A DNA stretch of 38,286 nt from Bacilli bacterium (GTDB taxonomy: Bacteria; Bacillota_I; Bacilli_A; RF39; UBA660). The position numbers were made by a program, and so were the translations under genes. Positions 1-9,789 of this stretch are shown here, piece by piece. Each line of letters begins with the position of its first letter. Position 1 is the stretch's first letter. The notes beneath the pieces were generated by a model, which saw only the letters and a list, made by a program, of their open reading frames with translations, ran no database searches and was not told the origin of the DNA. The DNA lies in contig JAZUBJ010000048.1 of NCBI GenBank assembly GCA_045638445.1, forward strand, positions 1-38,286, written 5' to 3'.

Positions 1-686
1 GTAGTATAATCTCTAGTAGATTTATCAATTCTTTTTTTCATTGGTTCAAACATATTAAAAGTTTTAACCTCACGAATACTTAATAAATATTCATCAATTA
101 TAGTATTTCTATTATCAAACTTAATTGATTTATTATGATTCAATTTTTCAATATATTTACTAGACAATAATATAACAAATACCGAAACGACAGCCATAGC
201 TATACTAGAAAAACCAACAAATAAATCAATCATAAAAAAATAAATAAATATAACTAAAACCTCAAATATTCTAATTATTCTAAGTATCAAATTACAATAA
301 AAATCTGCCATAACATTAATATCAGTACTCATCATATTTAAAAATTCTCCAATATTAAACCTAGATAAACTATATAAAGAATTATCAAATACCTTATTAA
401 TCCCAATTTTTGTATAATTATCATACATAGAATTATATAATTTATGCCAAGTATAAGTATTAATAATATCAAAAATTCTAAATATAATTACAAGTAATAT
501 AGCACCCATTGCAATAAACATAGCATTTTTATACATACCATTCGTAACGTAATCAACACATGTACTAAATAATATTGGTGTAATCATAGCTATTGCTCTA
601 TACAATATAGAAATAATAATTTTAAAAATAATAAATTTTCTTGATCTTTTTAACACTAATTTAGTCGCATCGCTTGCTTTTTTCAT
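1..686 (-). CDS. ABC transporter permease/ATP-binding protein, N-terminal transmembrane domain (runs off window)
   Basis: Manual translation from ATG at 686 (RBS GGGAGTG upstream): MKKASDATKLVLKRSRKF...MITPILFSTCVD...GEFLNMMSTDIN...EYLLSIREVKTF, typical of an ABC exporter membrane domain. Frame is open to the window edge. Confidence 0.8.
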   Translation of the reverse strand, partial: MKKASDATKLVLKRSRKFIIFKIIISILYRAIAMITPILFSTCVDYVTNGMYKNAMFIAMGAILLVIIFRIFDIINTYTWHKLYNSMYDNYTKIGINKVFDNSLYSLSRFNIGEFLNMMSTDINVMADFYCNLILRIIRIFEVLVIFIYFFMIDLFVGFSSIAMAVVSVFVILLSSKYIEKLNHNKSIKFDNRNTIIDEYLLSIREVKTFNMFEPMKKRIDKSTRDYT

Positions 687-838
687 ATTTTATCACTCCC
701 TTACTATTAAACCTAAAGAATTATATCACAGATATTTTAAATTTAAAATAGAAAATTATATTAATTGTAAAGATATTATTTAAAACTATATATTTAAAAA
801 AAATTAAGTTATAATATATATAAAGTATGGTGATTAAA

Positions 839-2995
839 ATGGATAAAATAAAAGCGATAATAGCTTTAATAATGATTTATGTAATATTAATATTTATAAT
901 AATGCCAGGAGAATCATTTTTTGGTCAAGATTTTGAAGGATTTTTAAAAAATGATTATGCACACATAACCGATATGGAATACAAAGCAGAAGTATTAGAT
1001 GAAAAAGAACTCGGTGGAAAAGTATTAATAACTGAAGTTATAACATTTGACATACACGCATCAGATGAAGATAATCCATTTTGGGAACTATGGAGAGATC
1101 TTCCCGAAAGTGAATATGATGGACTTAAAGTAGACTATGACGTATTATCAGTATACGAAATAAAAGAAAATGGTTCTAAAGTAAAATGGGAAGAAAGCGA
1201 TAAACTCTACTGGTACGATGAAGACTATGTATCTGAAGAATATGGACCAGGAAAATGGTACCATAGCAAAGGACCATATGATGACTATCAAAACTTTGAA
1301 TGCCTACTCTTCTACATAGACGGAATATATAGAGATACAATTACATTCGAAATAAAATATATAATGAATAACGCATCACTTAAATACTCAGATGTATCAG
1401 AACTATATTTATCAATGTTTTCAGGAGACTCAACAAAAAATTTAAAATCATTTAAAGGACAAATTTTAATACAAAACAAAGATATGCCTGAAAAAGGAAA
1501 TTATACAATTAGTACATATGGAACAACAAAACATAGATTTAATTTTAATGAATCAAAAACACTAAATAACGGATATCACACAATATATTTTGACCTTAAC
1601 GAAGAAGATTTAAAATTTAATAGTGATAATAATTATATTGAAATGACTTTATTATCATATGGAGATGATAAACATAGCTTTACAAACTATGCACCAGAAA
1701 ACAATGAAAGTGACAGTAAATATTTACAAGAAGCACTCAATAATGATAAAGAATATGATGAAAATATTAAAAATAAAATTAAAACAAAAAACAAAATATT
1801 CTTTTATACAATGCTTACAACAACTGTAGTATTATTACTAACATTTACAAAGCCATTAATATTAAAAAGAAAATACACAATATATAAATCAAGTATAAAT
1901 CCAGATTATTTTAGAGATATACCATCAGACTTAGATCCATATTTTGCAGCAACTTTAGTATTCTCTAAAAAAGGAAAAAAACCTGATTTAGGAGATATAT
2001 TCTCATCATTAATGCTAAGTTTAGCAAGAAAAGGATATATAGAATTAAAACAAATAGACCCAAATAAAAAATGGTCACAAAATAATATAGAAATAAATTT
2101 ATTATACTCACCTACTACAATTAGTACAATGAGTACAACAAATAATCAAACACCTGTAACAACACTAAAAGAAGCAGATTTAGAAATCAGAAATAAAAAT
2201 GGAAAAGTATTAGAAAAATTAACAGAAAATGAAAAAGAATATTTCAACTTAATATTAAAATATGCAGTTGAATCAAAATTATCAATGGAAACATTCCAAA
2301 ATAAAATATCAAAAGATTACGACAACACAGATTCATTCTTAGATAAAGTTAAAAAATCAATAACAGATATTGGAGTTTCAAAAAATTATTTCCAAAAACA
2401 AGATTATAATGATGCAAATAAAGAAATAAAAGGAAATGCAAATGTAATCCTAACAATAGGAATATGCGTATTTATATTTGGAAATTTACTAACATATGAT
2501 AACAATTACAATTTTGTATATGGTGTATTTACACTATTCGGATTAACAAGTATACTTTGTAGCATGTACTTATACAATTTATCAAGAAAATACACATTAT
2601 TAACACAATATGGTGAAGAAGAATATGCTAAATGGTTTGGACTTTATAATTTCTTAAATAGTAAAACACTTATGAATGAAAAAACAGTAATTGATGTAGT
2701 TTTATGGGAAAAATATTTAGTATATGCAACAGCATTTGGTATATCACAAAAAGTAATTGACGCACTTGAAATAGTTTGTCCAAATATACAAGTAACACAA
2801 AGTATTGTACTTAGTAATTCATATTATAGAAGTACAAGTTTCAGATCATACAACCGTTCATTCTATAGAAGTTCATATAACGCATCTAACACATCAAGAG
2901 CATCAAGATACTCTGGTGGTGGATACTACGGAGGTGGTGGAAGCTTCTATGGAGGTGGAGGCCGTGGAGGCGGCGGTGGTGGCGGAGGTCACTAA
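839..2995 (+). CDS. DUF2207-family membrane protein with Ser/Arg/Gly-rich C-terminal tail
   Basis: N-terminal anchor, large extracellular domain, YFRDIPSDLDP motif, TM pair, WEKYLVYATAFG motif and GGG tail. Start at 839 is preferred over 827 because a GGTGA RBS precedes it. Confidence 0.8.
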   Translation: MDKIKAIIALIMIYVILIFIIMPGESFFGQDFEGFLKNDYAHITDMEYKAEVLDEKELGGKVLITEVITFDIHASDEDNPFWELWRDLPESEYDGLKVDYDVLSVYEIKENGSKVKWEESDKLYWYDEDYVSEEYGPGKWYHSKGPYDDYQNFECLLFYIDGIYRDTITFEIKYIMNNASLKYSDVSELYLSMFSGDSTKNLKSFKGQILIQNKDMPEKGNYTISTYGTTKHRFNFNESKTLNNGYHTIYFDLNEEDLKFNSDNNYIEMTLLSYGDDKHSFTNYAPENNESDSKYLQEALNNDKEYDENIKNKIKTKNKIFFYTMLTTTVVLLLTFTKPLILKRKYTIYKSSINPDYFRDIPSDLDPYFAATLVFSKKGKKPDLGDIFSSLMLSLARKGYIELKQIDPNKKWSQNNIEINLLYSPTTISTMSTTNNQTPVTTLKEADLEIRNKNGKVLEKLTENEKEYFNLILKYAVESKLSMETFQNKISKDYDNTDSFLDKVKKSITDIGVSKNYFQKQDYNDANKEIKGNANVILTIGICVFIFGNLLTYDNNYNFVYGVFTLFGLTSILCSMYLYNLSRKYTLLTQYGEEEYAKWFGLYNFLNSKTLMNEKTVIDVVLWEKYLVYATAFGISQKVIDALEIVCPNIQVTQSIVLSNSYYRSTSFRSYNRSFYRSSYNASNTSRASRYSGGGYYGGGGSFYGGGGRGGGGGGGGH

Positions 2996-3028
2996 TACCA
3001 AAGACAAAATAAAAGATAAAAAAAAAAT

Positions 3029-3058
3029 AAAAAAGAATAATTTAAATTATTCTTTTTT
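3029..3058. terminator. Bidirectional intrinsic terminator between convergent genes
   Basis: Perfect 30-bp palindrome AAAAAAGAATAATTT/AAATTATTCTTTTTT between the two stop codons. Confidence 0.7.
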
Positions 3059-3708
3059 TAATTGTTTCTTAATCTATACTTATGAATCTTTACAAGTTTT
3101 GGTTCACTATATCCATCTGTAAAAAATATTTCTATCCCCTTCTCTTGATATTTATATAATATTTGACAAATATCATTTCTCATAAGTTCACTTTGTAAAA
3201 TCACTTTATTAATTTTATTTTTTAATAAATAATTAGCAGAAGGCATATCTTGATGATATATATCCCAACTATTATCAAATATACCAACATCGTATTTATA
3301 TCTATTCATTCTATTTTTATCAAGTAAAAATACAGGAGGAGCATCAACAGGTATTTCAATTTCTTTAAGTTCTAAAGCACCCCACAATAACAAAGGTTCA
3401 ACAAGTTCATTATTCATAACAGCTTCAACACCAATATTAGGAGTTGTACCATTAAATAAAGGAACTGGTCTATAACCAATAACTGCAAAACCAATACCCT
3501 CTTTAACGCTTTTTTCACCATCAACATCAAGAATAACACAAGTATGTTTATCTAAAAAATCTTTATAATATATTTCAGGAATATCATAATCAACATATTC
3601 TCTTAATTCTTTTTCAATATCAATATCTACAAAACAAACAGGTCTTACCCATCTAGTCCACTCTCTATCATAAGGTGCCCAAATTTTATATATTTCTCTT
3701 CCATTCAT
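3058..3708 (-). CDS. Hypothetical protein coupled to the GSP-synthase-like gene
   Basis: 216-aa ORF with an ATGA overlap to the upstream gene; motifs IWAP..W..WVRPV, GYRPVPLFNG and FDNSWD..QDMPSA. Confidence 0.75.
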   Translation of the reverse strand: MNGREIYKIWAPYDREWTRWVRPVCFVDIDIEKELREYVDYDIPEIYYKDFLDKHTCVILDVDGEKSVKEGIGFAVIGYRPVPLFNGTTPNIGVEAVMNNELVEPLLLWGALELKEIEIPVDAPPVFLLDKNRMNRYKYDVGIFDNSWDIYHQDMPSANYLLKNKINKVILQSELMRNDICQILYKYQEKGIEIFFTDGYSEPKLVKIHKYRLRNN

Positions 3709-4922
3709 TTCTTTTTACCTCTTTTAATAATTACAGGAATATCAGCCGCATCAGAATCAATTCTACATTTCTTACTGATTCTAGCATAAAATCCAGCATG
3801 ATTTCCATCAACAGTATAAGAGCCTAAACAAACATGATAAAGTTCCCCATCTTGACTCTTTAAAGGTTTACTTAAAAATTGTTCTTGAGCTAAATAATCT
3901 TTCGGATGCCATCTAACTTCTTTCATAATTTTCTTGTATTCATCATCTTTACAAGCTTCTTTAATTGAAATTCTCTCTCCGACTCTTCCACAAGCTGGCT
4001 TATATATAAAACCTTTTCTCCCTTTAGCATCTTTTACTTCAATAGTTTCTGGTAATAATTCTCTCCATGTATCAAGACAAATTCCTGCATCTTCAAGATC
4101 ATCCCAAATTAAAGGAAATCTTTTAGTTTGAGCAAATATGGCAATCGGATGATTACAAGAAGGAGTAATTGTATCAAAATACCCATCCCACTTCTTAGGT
4201 TTAATAGCTCTTAACCACTCTAGAGGAGTAAATCTAAAAATACAATCAACTTCTCCTTCATATCCATTAAGAACACTTATAGCCTTTTTATCTTTAAAAA
4301 TCAAATGATCTCCTGCTCCATATATAGAAGTATAACCAAGAGCACTCATTTTATCACCAATATATTGCATAACTTGTCTATCATCACTATAAGAAGTACA
4401 ATGAACAAACATAATTCTTCCATTTTTCTTTATTTTACCACATATAGCATTAACTAAATTTTCACCAAAATCAATACTATAATATTTACTTGATTTTAAA
4501 GTTTCAATTACAAGTTTAGGAAGCAAAGAAGCTTCAGCAAAACCACCTGGAACATCACTATTAACTTCACTAACTGCCCATTTTCCATCAGTCGTCGGAT
4601 GAAAATCATATCTCATTAACCTAATATGTTTTTTTTCATCATAATTACTCATTCTTGATAGTTCATTATAAACTTGCTTAGGTAATGCAAGAGGTAAAGC
4701 ATAATCTAAATTCTTATACAAAAAATTTTCTGCATTACGAGTTTCAACATCTAATTCCTCAGTAAGAGTTTTTAATTCAAAATACTCTTCTTCAGTAATT
4801 TCTAAAGCAAATTTAGCAACAGTATTATTATCCTCAAACATCGGATCCCATTTATAACAATCAAAAATTGCATTTAATCTATATTCTTCATATCTATCTT
4901 CAGGTATTTTAACTAATTTCAT
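3705..4922 (-). CDS. Glutathionylspermidine synthase-like ATP-grasp ligase
   Basis: RYDF, SEVNSDVPGGFAEA and YKPACGRVGE motifs match the GSP_synth R-x-D, E-x-N-x-D-x-P and KP..GREG pattern. No amidase domain. Start at 4922 follows a GGGTGG RBS. Confidence 0.8.
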   Translation of the reverse strand: MKLVKIPEDRYEEYRLNAIFDCYKWDPMFEDNNTVAKFALEITEEEYFELKTLTEELDVETRNAENFLYKNLDYALPLALPKQVYNELSRMSNYDEKKHIRLMRYDFHPTTDGKWAVSEVNSDVPGGFAEASLLPKLVIETLKSSKYYSIDFGENLVNAICGKIKKNGRIMFVHCTSYSDDRQVMQYIGDKMSALGYTSIYGAGDHLIFKDKKAISVLNGYEGEVDCIFRFTPLEWLRAIKPKKWDGYFDTITPSCNHPIAIFAQTKRFPLIWDDLEDAGICLDTWRELLPETIEVKDAKGRKGFIYKPACGRVGERISIKEACKDDEYKKIMKEVRWHPKDYLAQEQFLSKPLKSQDGELYHVCLGSYTVDGNHAGFYARISKKCRIDSDAADIPVIIKRGKKK

Positions 4923-4988
4923 TACTACCACCTACTATATAACAATTTTATCATAAATAAGACAAATAAAAAAGAAGATTTAAATCTT

Positions 4989-5552
4989 CTATTTACTAAA
5001 ATCAACTTTAACATTTTCCCTTTCAGTACTTGTTGCTTCAAAATATTTTTCTTCCTTAAATCCAAACATTGAAGCTACCATACTACCAGGAAAAACTTGT
5101 ATACTATTATTATATTTTAATACAGCATCACTATAAAATTGTCTTGCATAAGCAATTTTCTCTTCTGTACTAGATAATTCATTTTGTAAACTAACAAAAT
5201 TTTGATTAGCTTTTAAATCCGGATAACTCTCTGCTAAAGCAAATAGTTTTGAAACAGATTTAGTAAGTTCACTATCAGCCTTCATTGCATCCTCATGACT
5301 TGAAGCACTTTGATATGAATTACGAGCTTCTATTACTTTTTGAAGTGTTTCTTCTTCATGAGTCGCATATCCTTTTACAGTTTCAACTAAATTAGGAATT
5401 AAATCAAATCTTCTTTTTAATTGAATGTCAATTTGACTCCATTGATCTTTAACCGAATTTCTTAATTTAACAAAAGAATTATACATACTGATAAAGTAAA
5501 TTACTATTAAAACAATTAATACAACTACACCAATAATAATCCATTTTCCCAT
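4989..5552 (-). CDS. lemA: LemA family protein
   Basis: N-terminal TM; QLKRRFDLIPNLVETVKGYATHE, AESYPDLKANQNF and ARQFYSDAV..YN motifs. Confidence 0.95.
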   Translation of the reverse strand: MGKWIIIGVVVLIVLIVIYFISMYNSFVKLRNSVKDQWSQIDIQLKRRFDLIPNLVETVKGYATHEEETLQKVIEARNSYQSASSHEDAMKADSELTKSVSKLFALAESYPDLKANQNFVSLQNELSSTEEKIAYARQFYSDAVLKYNNSIQVFPGSMVASMFGFKEEKYFEATSTERENVKVDFSK

Positions 5553-5594
5553 AATCGTATCCTCCTTATACTAAAATAATAACACATTTTTTTA

Positions 5595-6086
5595 CTATAT
5601 TTCAACTATATAAACTAAATTACCATGAGACTTAATAATGTTTATTAAATCAACACTTTTTAACCATACAGTTGCAGTATTATCATTCGGATGTATTCCA
5701 ATAATATCTTCGTCCGTTTTAACTAAATCTTTATCTAAATAAAAACTAACACACAACTCCTTATCATTTAACAAGCCAAAAGGACTAACACTACCAGGAA
5801 TTAAACCAAGTATATTCAGTAAATCAGTTTCACTACAAAAAGTTAATCTTCTCGTATTATTTTTATCTTTAAATTCCTTTAAATCAACCCTCTTATCTCC
5901 ACAAACAGTAATCAAATAATAATTTCTTTTCTTATCATCACGAACAAATAAATTTTTAGCATCTCTATCTTTATAAGGTAAATCTATTTTACTCAACTCT
6001 TCCATATTATAAACAGCTTCATGTAAAGTAACTTCATACCATATATTTAAACTATCTAAATAATTAATAATTTCTTCTTTCTTCAT
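5595..6086 (-). CDS. YbaK/ProX-family aminoacyl-tRNA editing deacylase
   Basis: KNLFVRDDK, LGLIPGSVSPFGL and HPNDNTAT motifs of the ProXp-ala type. Confidence 0.9.
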   Translation of the reverse strand: MKKEEIINYLDSLNIWYEVTLHEAVYNMEELSKIDLPYKDRDAKNLFVRDDKKRNYYLITVCGDKRVDLKEFKDKNNTRRLTFCSETDLLNILGLIPGSVSPFGLLNDKELCVSFYLDKDLVKTDEDIIGIHPNDNTATVWLKSVDLINIIKSHGNLVYIVEI

Positions 6087-6094
6087 AAACCTCC

Positions 6095-6787
6095 TTAAAT
6101 ATATTTAAAATATTCTATAATTATATTATCTTTTTTAGTATTTTTAACTACTTTAGAAAACTTATATTTTCCATATTTACGAATACTAAATATATCATTT
6201 TCCTTTAAAATAGTAGAATCATTCTTCAAAATAGAATAATTCAATATAACACACTTATTTTTTATCAAATCAACACTATTACTTCTACTAGTATTAATAA
6301 TTTTAGAAATAACCGCATCTATTCTAAGACTAGGTACAATAATATTTTTAATCTCATATTTTTTCTTGTAGTTTTCTAAATATTCTAAACTAACTTCCTC
6401 AATAGTAACATACTTATTACCTATCATATATAAACTATTTTCTATATAAGAACTCATTTTATCAATAATATAAAAATAGTACTTTTCTTCATCAACAATA
6501 ATATCACCTATCATACTTTTATCAATACTTAAAGAATATAAACTCCCCATAATTTCTTGATGTTTTAATTTTTCATAACTATTTATTTTATATAATTTAA
6601 CACTAGGTATTTCGTTTTTATACAAAATCTTCTTATCAGCTTCTTCATATACACTATATATATTATATTCATTCTTTTTTAATTTAGATGTTACAAGTTT
6701 TAATTCAAGAGGATCTAAAAAACCACTAGATTCACCCCTTTTAATTTTATCTACATATTTTTTTATTAAATAATCCATACAAATCAC
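6095..6787 (-). CDS. ylmH: YlmH-like S4 RNA-binding protein
   Basis: FLDP, LKHQEIMGSL..L, IGDI, SLRIDAVIS and SIRKYGK motifs. True start may be 6778. Confidence 0.85.
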   Translation of the reverse strand: MICMDYLIKKYVDKIKRGESSGFLDPLELKLVTSKLKKNEYNIYSVYEEADKKILYKNEIPSVKLYKINSYEKLKHQEIMGSLYSLSIDKSMIGDIIVDEEKYYFYIIDKMSSYIENSLYMIGNKYVTIEEVSLEYLENYKKKYEIKNIIVPSLRIDAVISKIINTSRSNSVDLIKNKCVILNYSILKNDSTILKENDIFSIRKYGKYKFSKVVKNTKKDNIIIEYFKYI

Positions 6788-6793
6788 AAAAAA

Positions 6794-6826
6794 TATTATA
6801 CAAAAAAAGAGTAGATTTTTCTACTC
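6794..6826 (-). terminator. Terminator hairpin overlapping the stop codon, followed by a -10 box
   Basis: Minus strand GAGTAG-AAAAAT-CTACTC-TTTTTTTG-TATAATA. Confidence 0.65.
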
Positions 6827-7078
6827 ATCAAATATAGTCTTTTTAATATCATTATATGTCGTTAAAACCATTTCTTTTTCTTCAAACTTAATTGGTAATA
6901 ATTTATTAGTTTCAATGTCAACTTCATTTATTAAAACAACCGCAGTTTCAAGAGAATCATCATCATTTATTGTATATGCAATATAATTTTTATTAAATTC
7001 CTCTATACTAAACGATAAAATTACTTCAACTCTAATTTCTTCTCCATTTTCATTTATATATACCGCTTCATTTTTCAT
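6821..7078 (-). CDS. DUF1292-like small acidic protein
   Basis: 85 aa; ENGEE...ILSF.IEEFNKNYIAYT and C-terminal LLPI..EE pattern. Confidence 0.7.
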   Translation of the reverse strand: MKNEAVYINENGEEIRVEVILSFSIEEFNKNYIAYTINDDDSLETAVVLINEVDIETNKLLPIKFEEKEMVLTTYNDIKKTIFDE

Positions 7079-7080
7079 GT

Positions 7081-7569
7081 TTACATCCCCTTCTTTGTAA
7101 CTTCATCTAAATTTTGAGCAAATGTTTTAAAATCTTCAACAATCTCTCCATTTTCTAAGTTATATCCAGTAACATTTGGATTAGCACCATCACAATTAAG
7201 AAACCACTTTTCAAAAGTTCTTTTTCCTGTAATAAGTGCTTTCTTTTTAATATCAGCACAAACATCTACTAATGCACAAAAAGCAGGTGTTGCAAATAAT
7301 GTTGCAATTTCACCAAAAGGACCATCAGCAGGACAAAAAAATAAAACTACTGTAGCAACACTACCAGCAAATTTTACAAATTTCTTTGTCATTTTTGCTT
7401 GTTTATCAATTTTCTCTTCAATATCAGAAGATATCCCCGTATCAACTATATTCTCCTGATAAGACTTTTGTACTTCCTCCTTTTTACCATTCATTTTTTC
7501 ATAAAACATTCTAGCCTTATAAATAAAATCTCTGTTTTCTTCTGTTACAATTGCACTCGCACTACTCAT
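7081..7569 (-). CDS. Hypothetical protein with central hydrophobic segment
   Basis: 162-aa ORF with a strong GGAGGT RBS. Confidence 0.7.
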   Translation of the reverse strand: MSSASAIVTEENRDFIYKARMFYEKMNGKKEEVQKSYQENIVDTGISSDIEEKIDKQAKMTKKFVKFAGSVATVVLFFCPADGPFGEIATLFATPAFCALVDVCADIKKKALITGKRTFEKWFLNCDGANPNVTGYNLENGEIVEDFKTFAQNLDEVTKKGM

Positions 7570-7578
7570 AAATACCTC

Positions 7579-8091
7579 CTAATTCATTATAAACTTACTC
7601 ATATACTCATCAATTGTATATCTCTCATTTGTATAAGCATCGATCACATAATCATATGCTCCATGCTTTTCAGCAACAATAAACGCTCCATCAGTAAAAC
7701 TAAATTCACCACTATCTACAACTTCTTGTTTCCACTCAGTGCTTCCCCAAGAAGCAGTTTTACTCACAGTATTAATATATTCAAATCCCATATTACTTTG
7801 TCCATTATCAATTTTATAAATATATGTTGAATAAGTAATTTCACCACTTCCACCATGAAAAACAGCAATATAACCATCCTTAACATAATCATATTTTGTA
7901 TTAAATAACAAAACATAAAGTATATAAAATAAGAAAAGCAAAATTATAAAAAAACTTATAATACTAAGTCTAACAGTTAATTCTTTTTTCTTCTTTTTAG
8001 TTAAAACACCATCAAGTTTTTTAAACTTAATAAAAAATTCAACAAATAATACTAAAATTACAACAGAAATAATTATTAAAACATATTTCAT
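7579..8091 (-). CDS. Hypothetical membrane protein (2 TM plus extracellular domain)
   Basis: 170-aa ORF, GAGGT RBS, two hydrophobic helices. Confidence 0.75.
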   Translation of the reverse strand: MKYVLIIISVVILVLFVEFFIKFKKLDGVLTKKKKKELTVRLSIISFFIILLFLFYILYVLLFNTKYDYVKDGYIAVFHGGSGEITYSTYIYKIDNGQSNMGFEYINTVSKTASWGSTEWKQEVVDSGEFSFTDGAFIVAEKHGAYDYVIDAYTNERYTIDEYMSKFIMN

Positions 8092-8125
8092 ATTTCTTAC
8101 CTCTATTCTAATTATAACATATTTT

Positions 8126-8323
8126 TTAACGCTTTAATACTTTAATTATATATTTCTCTATATCAATATTACAATCTTGCGCATATTCTATTAATTCTTC
8201 ATAACTAGCTTTTTGAATTTTAACTAAATCCATAACTGCCATACCAAATCCACTACTCATTGCTGTACCATAATAATCCATTAAATCATTTCTTAATCTT
8301 TCAAAATCTAATAAAACTTCCAT
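8126..8323 (-). CDS. Small hypothetical protein
   Basis: 65 aa, AGGAG RBS, directly downstream of the phosphatase gene; LRNDLMDYYGTAM motif. Confidence 0.7.
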   Translation of the reverse strand: MEVLLDFERLRNDLMDYYGTAMSSGFGMAVMDLVKIQKASYEELIEYAQDCNIDIEKYIIKVLKR

Positions 8324-8324
8324 A

Positions 8325-8756
8325 TTAATCTCCTAACATCTTTAAAAGTTTATCTATTCCCATAACTATATCATCATACGTTTCATCAAAATTTCCTGTA
8401 TACCAAGGATCTTTAACATCTCTATCAAGCAATTTAATTATTTTATCATCCTTATTAAAAATATATTTTATATTTCTAATATTATTTTCATCCATACAAA
8501 TAAAATAATCATATTCATTATAGTCAGTTTCACACAGTCTCTTTGCACAATGTTTAGTATAAGGTATTTTGTTTAAATCAAGCATCCTTTTAGTTCCACG
8601 ATGCATATCATTCCCTATTTCTTCACTTGATGTTGCTCTTGATACAATTACATAATCTTCAAGACCTAATTTATTTACTTTATCTTTCAAAATAAATTCA
8701 GCCATTGGACTTCTACAAATATTACCATGACATACAAAACATATCTTTTTCACCAT
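8325..8756 (-). CDS. Low-molecular-weight protein-tyrosine phosphatase
   Basis: FVCHGNICRSPMAE P-loop and DPWY motif. Confidence 0.95.
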   Translation of the reverse strand: MVKKICFVCHGNICRSPMAEFILKDKVNKLGLEDYVIVSRATSSEEIGNDMHRGTKRMLDLNKIPYTKHCAKRLCETDYNEYDYFICMDENNIRNIKYIFNKDDKIIKLLDRDVKDPWYTGNFDETYDDIVMGIDKLLKMLGD

Positions 8757-8800
8757 AACACCTCACAATAATTTTACCATAAAAAAATAACTAATAAAAC

Positions 8801-9337
8801 TTAGTTATTTTTTACTTCAACTTTTTCATCTGGTTCTTTTTTTTCTACTAAATAATCAATTTTAAATTTTTCAAGGTCACTCATTAAAATAATACCTCTA
8901 TTAACGGCTTCTTTTATATTTTCACTTGTCCCATCATCATATTCTACCACAATAAATTCACTCTTAGGACAAGGAAAATAGTATATATTTTTATCATCTA
9001 CAAATAATATTTCTTTATTATTACTACATTTAAAATTTTCATCTTCTTTTGTTTTATCAATTATATTAGTAATCACAAGTTTTTTTACTTCTTCCACAAT
9101 CAAAGGTTTACATTTAAAATCTTTCTTTTTTCTAACAATGAATACACCATTCTCAACATTTCTAGAATTACAATCATATACATTGTAAGCAAGTCCTTTA
9201 TAAAAAATATGATTATCACTTATCTTTTCTTCAAAATAAATAACCGGTTTACCAGTATCTCCAATACAAAACAAATCTATTAAAAATACAATAGCTATAA
9301 CACTTATAATACATAATATAGACTGAACAATTTTCAT
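8801..9337 (-). CDS. Membrane-anchored hypothetical protein with Cys pairs
   Basis: N-terminal TM, GAGGAGG RBS. Confidence 0.7.
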   Translation of the reverse strand: MKIVQSILCIISVIAIVFLIDLFCIGDTGKPVIYFEEKISDNHIFYKGLAYNVYDCNSRNVENGVFIVRKKKDFKCKPLIVEEVKKLVITNIIDKTKEDENFKCSNNKEILFVDDKNIYYFPCPKSEFIVVEYDDGTSENIKEAVNRGIILMSDLEKFKIDYLVEKKEPDEKVEVKNN

Positions 9338-9384
9338 AAGTCCTCCTCTATGATAATTTAATTATAACATATTTTATATAAATT

Positions 9385-9789
9385 TTAACAATAAAAATTA
9401 TCTATTTCTATTTCGATAATACTATTCATATCTAACTTAAACTTATCATCAAACATAACGATCATTTTCAAATAATCAATTTTCTTTATAATTCCATACT
9501 TTTCAAAATATTTACCACCAGATTTTTTCTTATCTTTAATAAAATAAATAACTTTAACATAGATATCTTTATCCTTCAAAAAATTAAGTTTTTCATTAAT
9601 AATAAGTCTTTGATCATTTGTTAAAACAATTTCTTTTTCAGTAAGTCTTGCAGTTTCACGAACTTCATCTTCATACCCAGTCAATGCAGAAAAAGGAGCA
9701 AACTGAGCACTTCTTGATTCAATGCTCATCCTTTTATGATATTTAGGTTCATAATGAGGTAAATTAATAATATCATCATACTTACTCAT
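9385..9789 (-). CDS. YolD-like protein (Y-family polymerase partner)
   Basis: YDDIINLPH...RMS...RSAQFAPFSALTGY motif; ATGA overlap with the polymerase gene. Confidence 0.85.
   Translation of the reverse strand: MSKYDDIINLPHYEPKYHKRMSIESRSAQFAPFSALTGYEDEVRETARLTEKEIVLTNDQRLIINEKLNFLKDKDIYVKVIYFIKDKKKSGGKYFEKYGIIKKIDYLKMIVMFDDKFKLDMNSIIEIEIDNFYC

Noticed and set aside
2805-3122. 105-aa alternative-frame ORF over the DUF2207 tail
   Set aside because: Shadow of the GGN-rich tail; TTG start, no RBS, and it crosses a terminator.
8109-9375. Shared 17-mer TAATTATAACATATTTT at 8109 and 9359
   Set aside because: Explained by the common extended -10 promoter (TG-T-TATAAT) in very AT-rich DNA.
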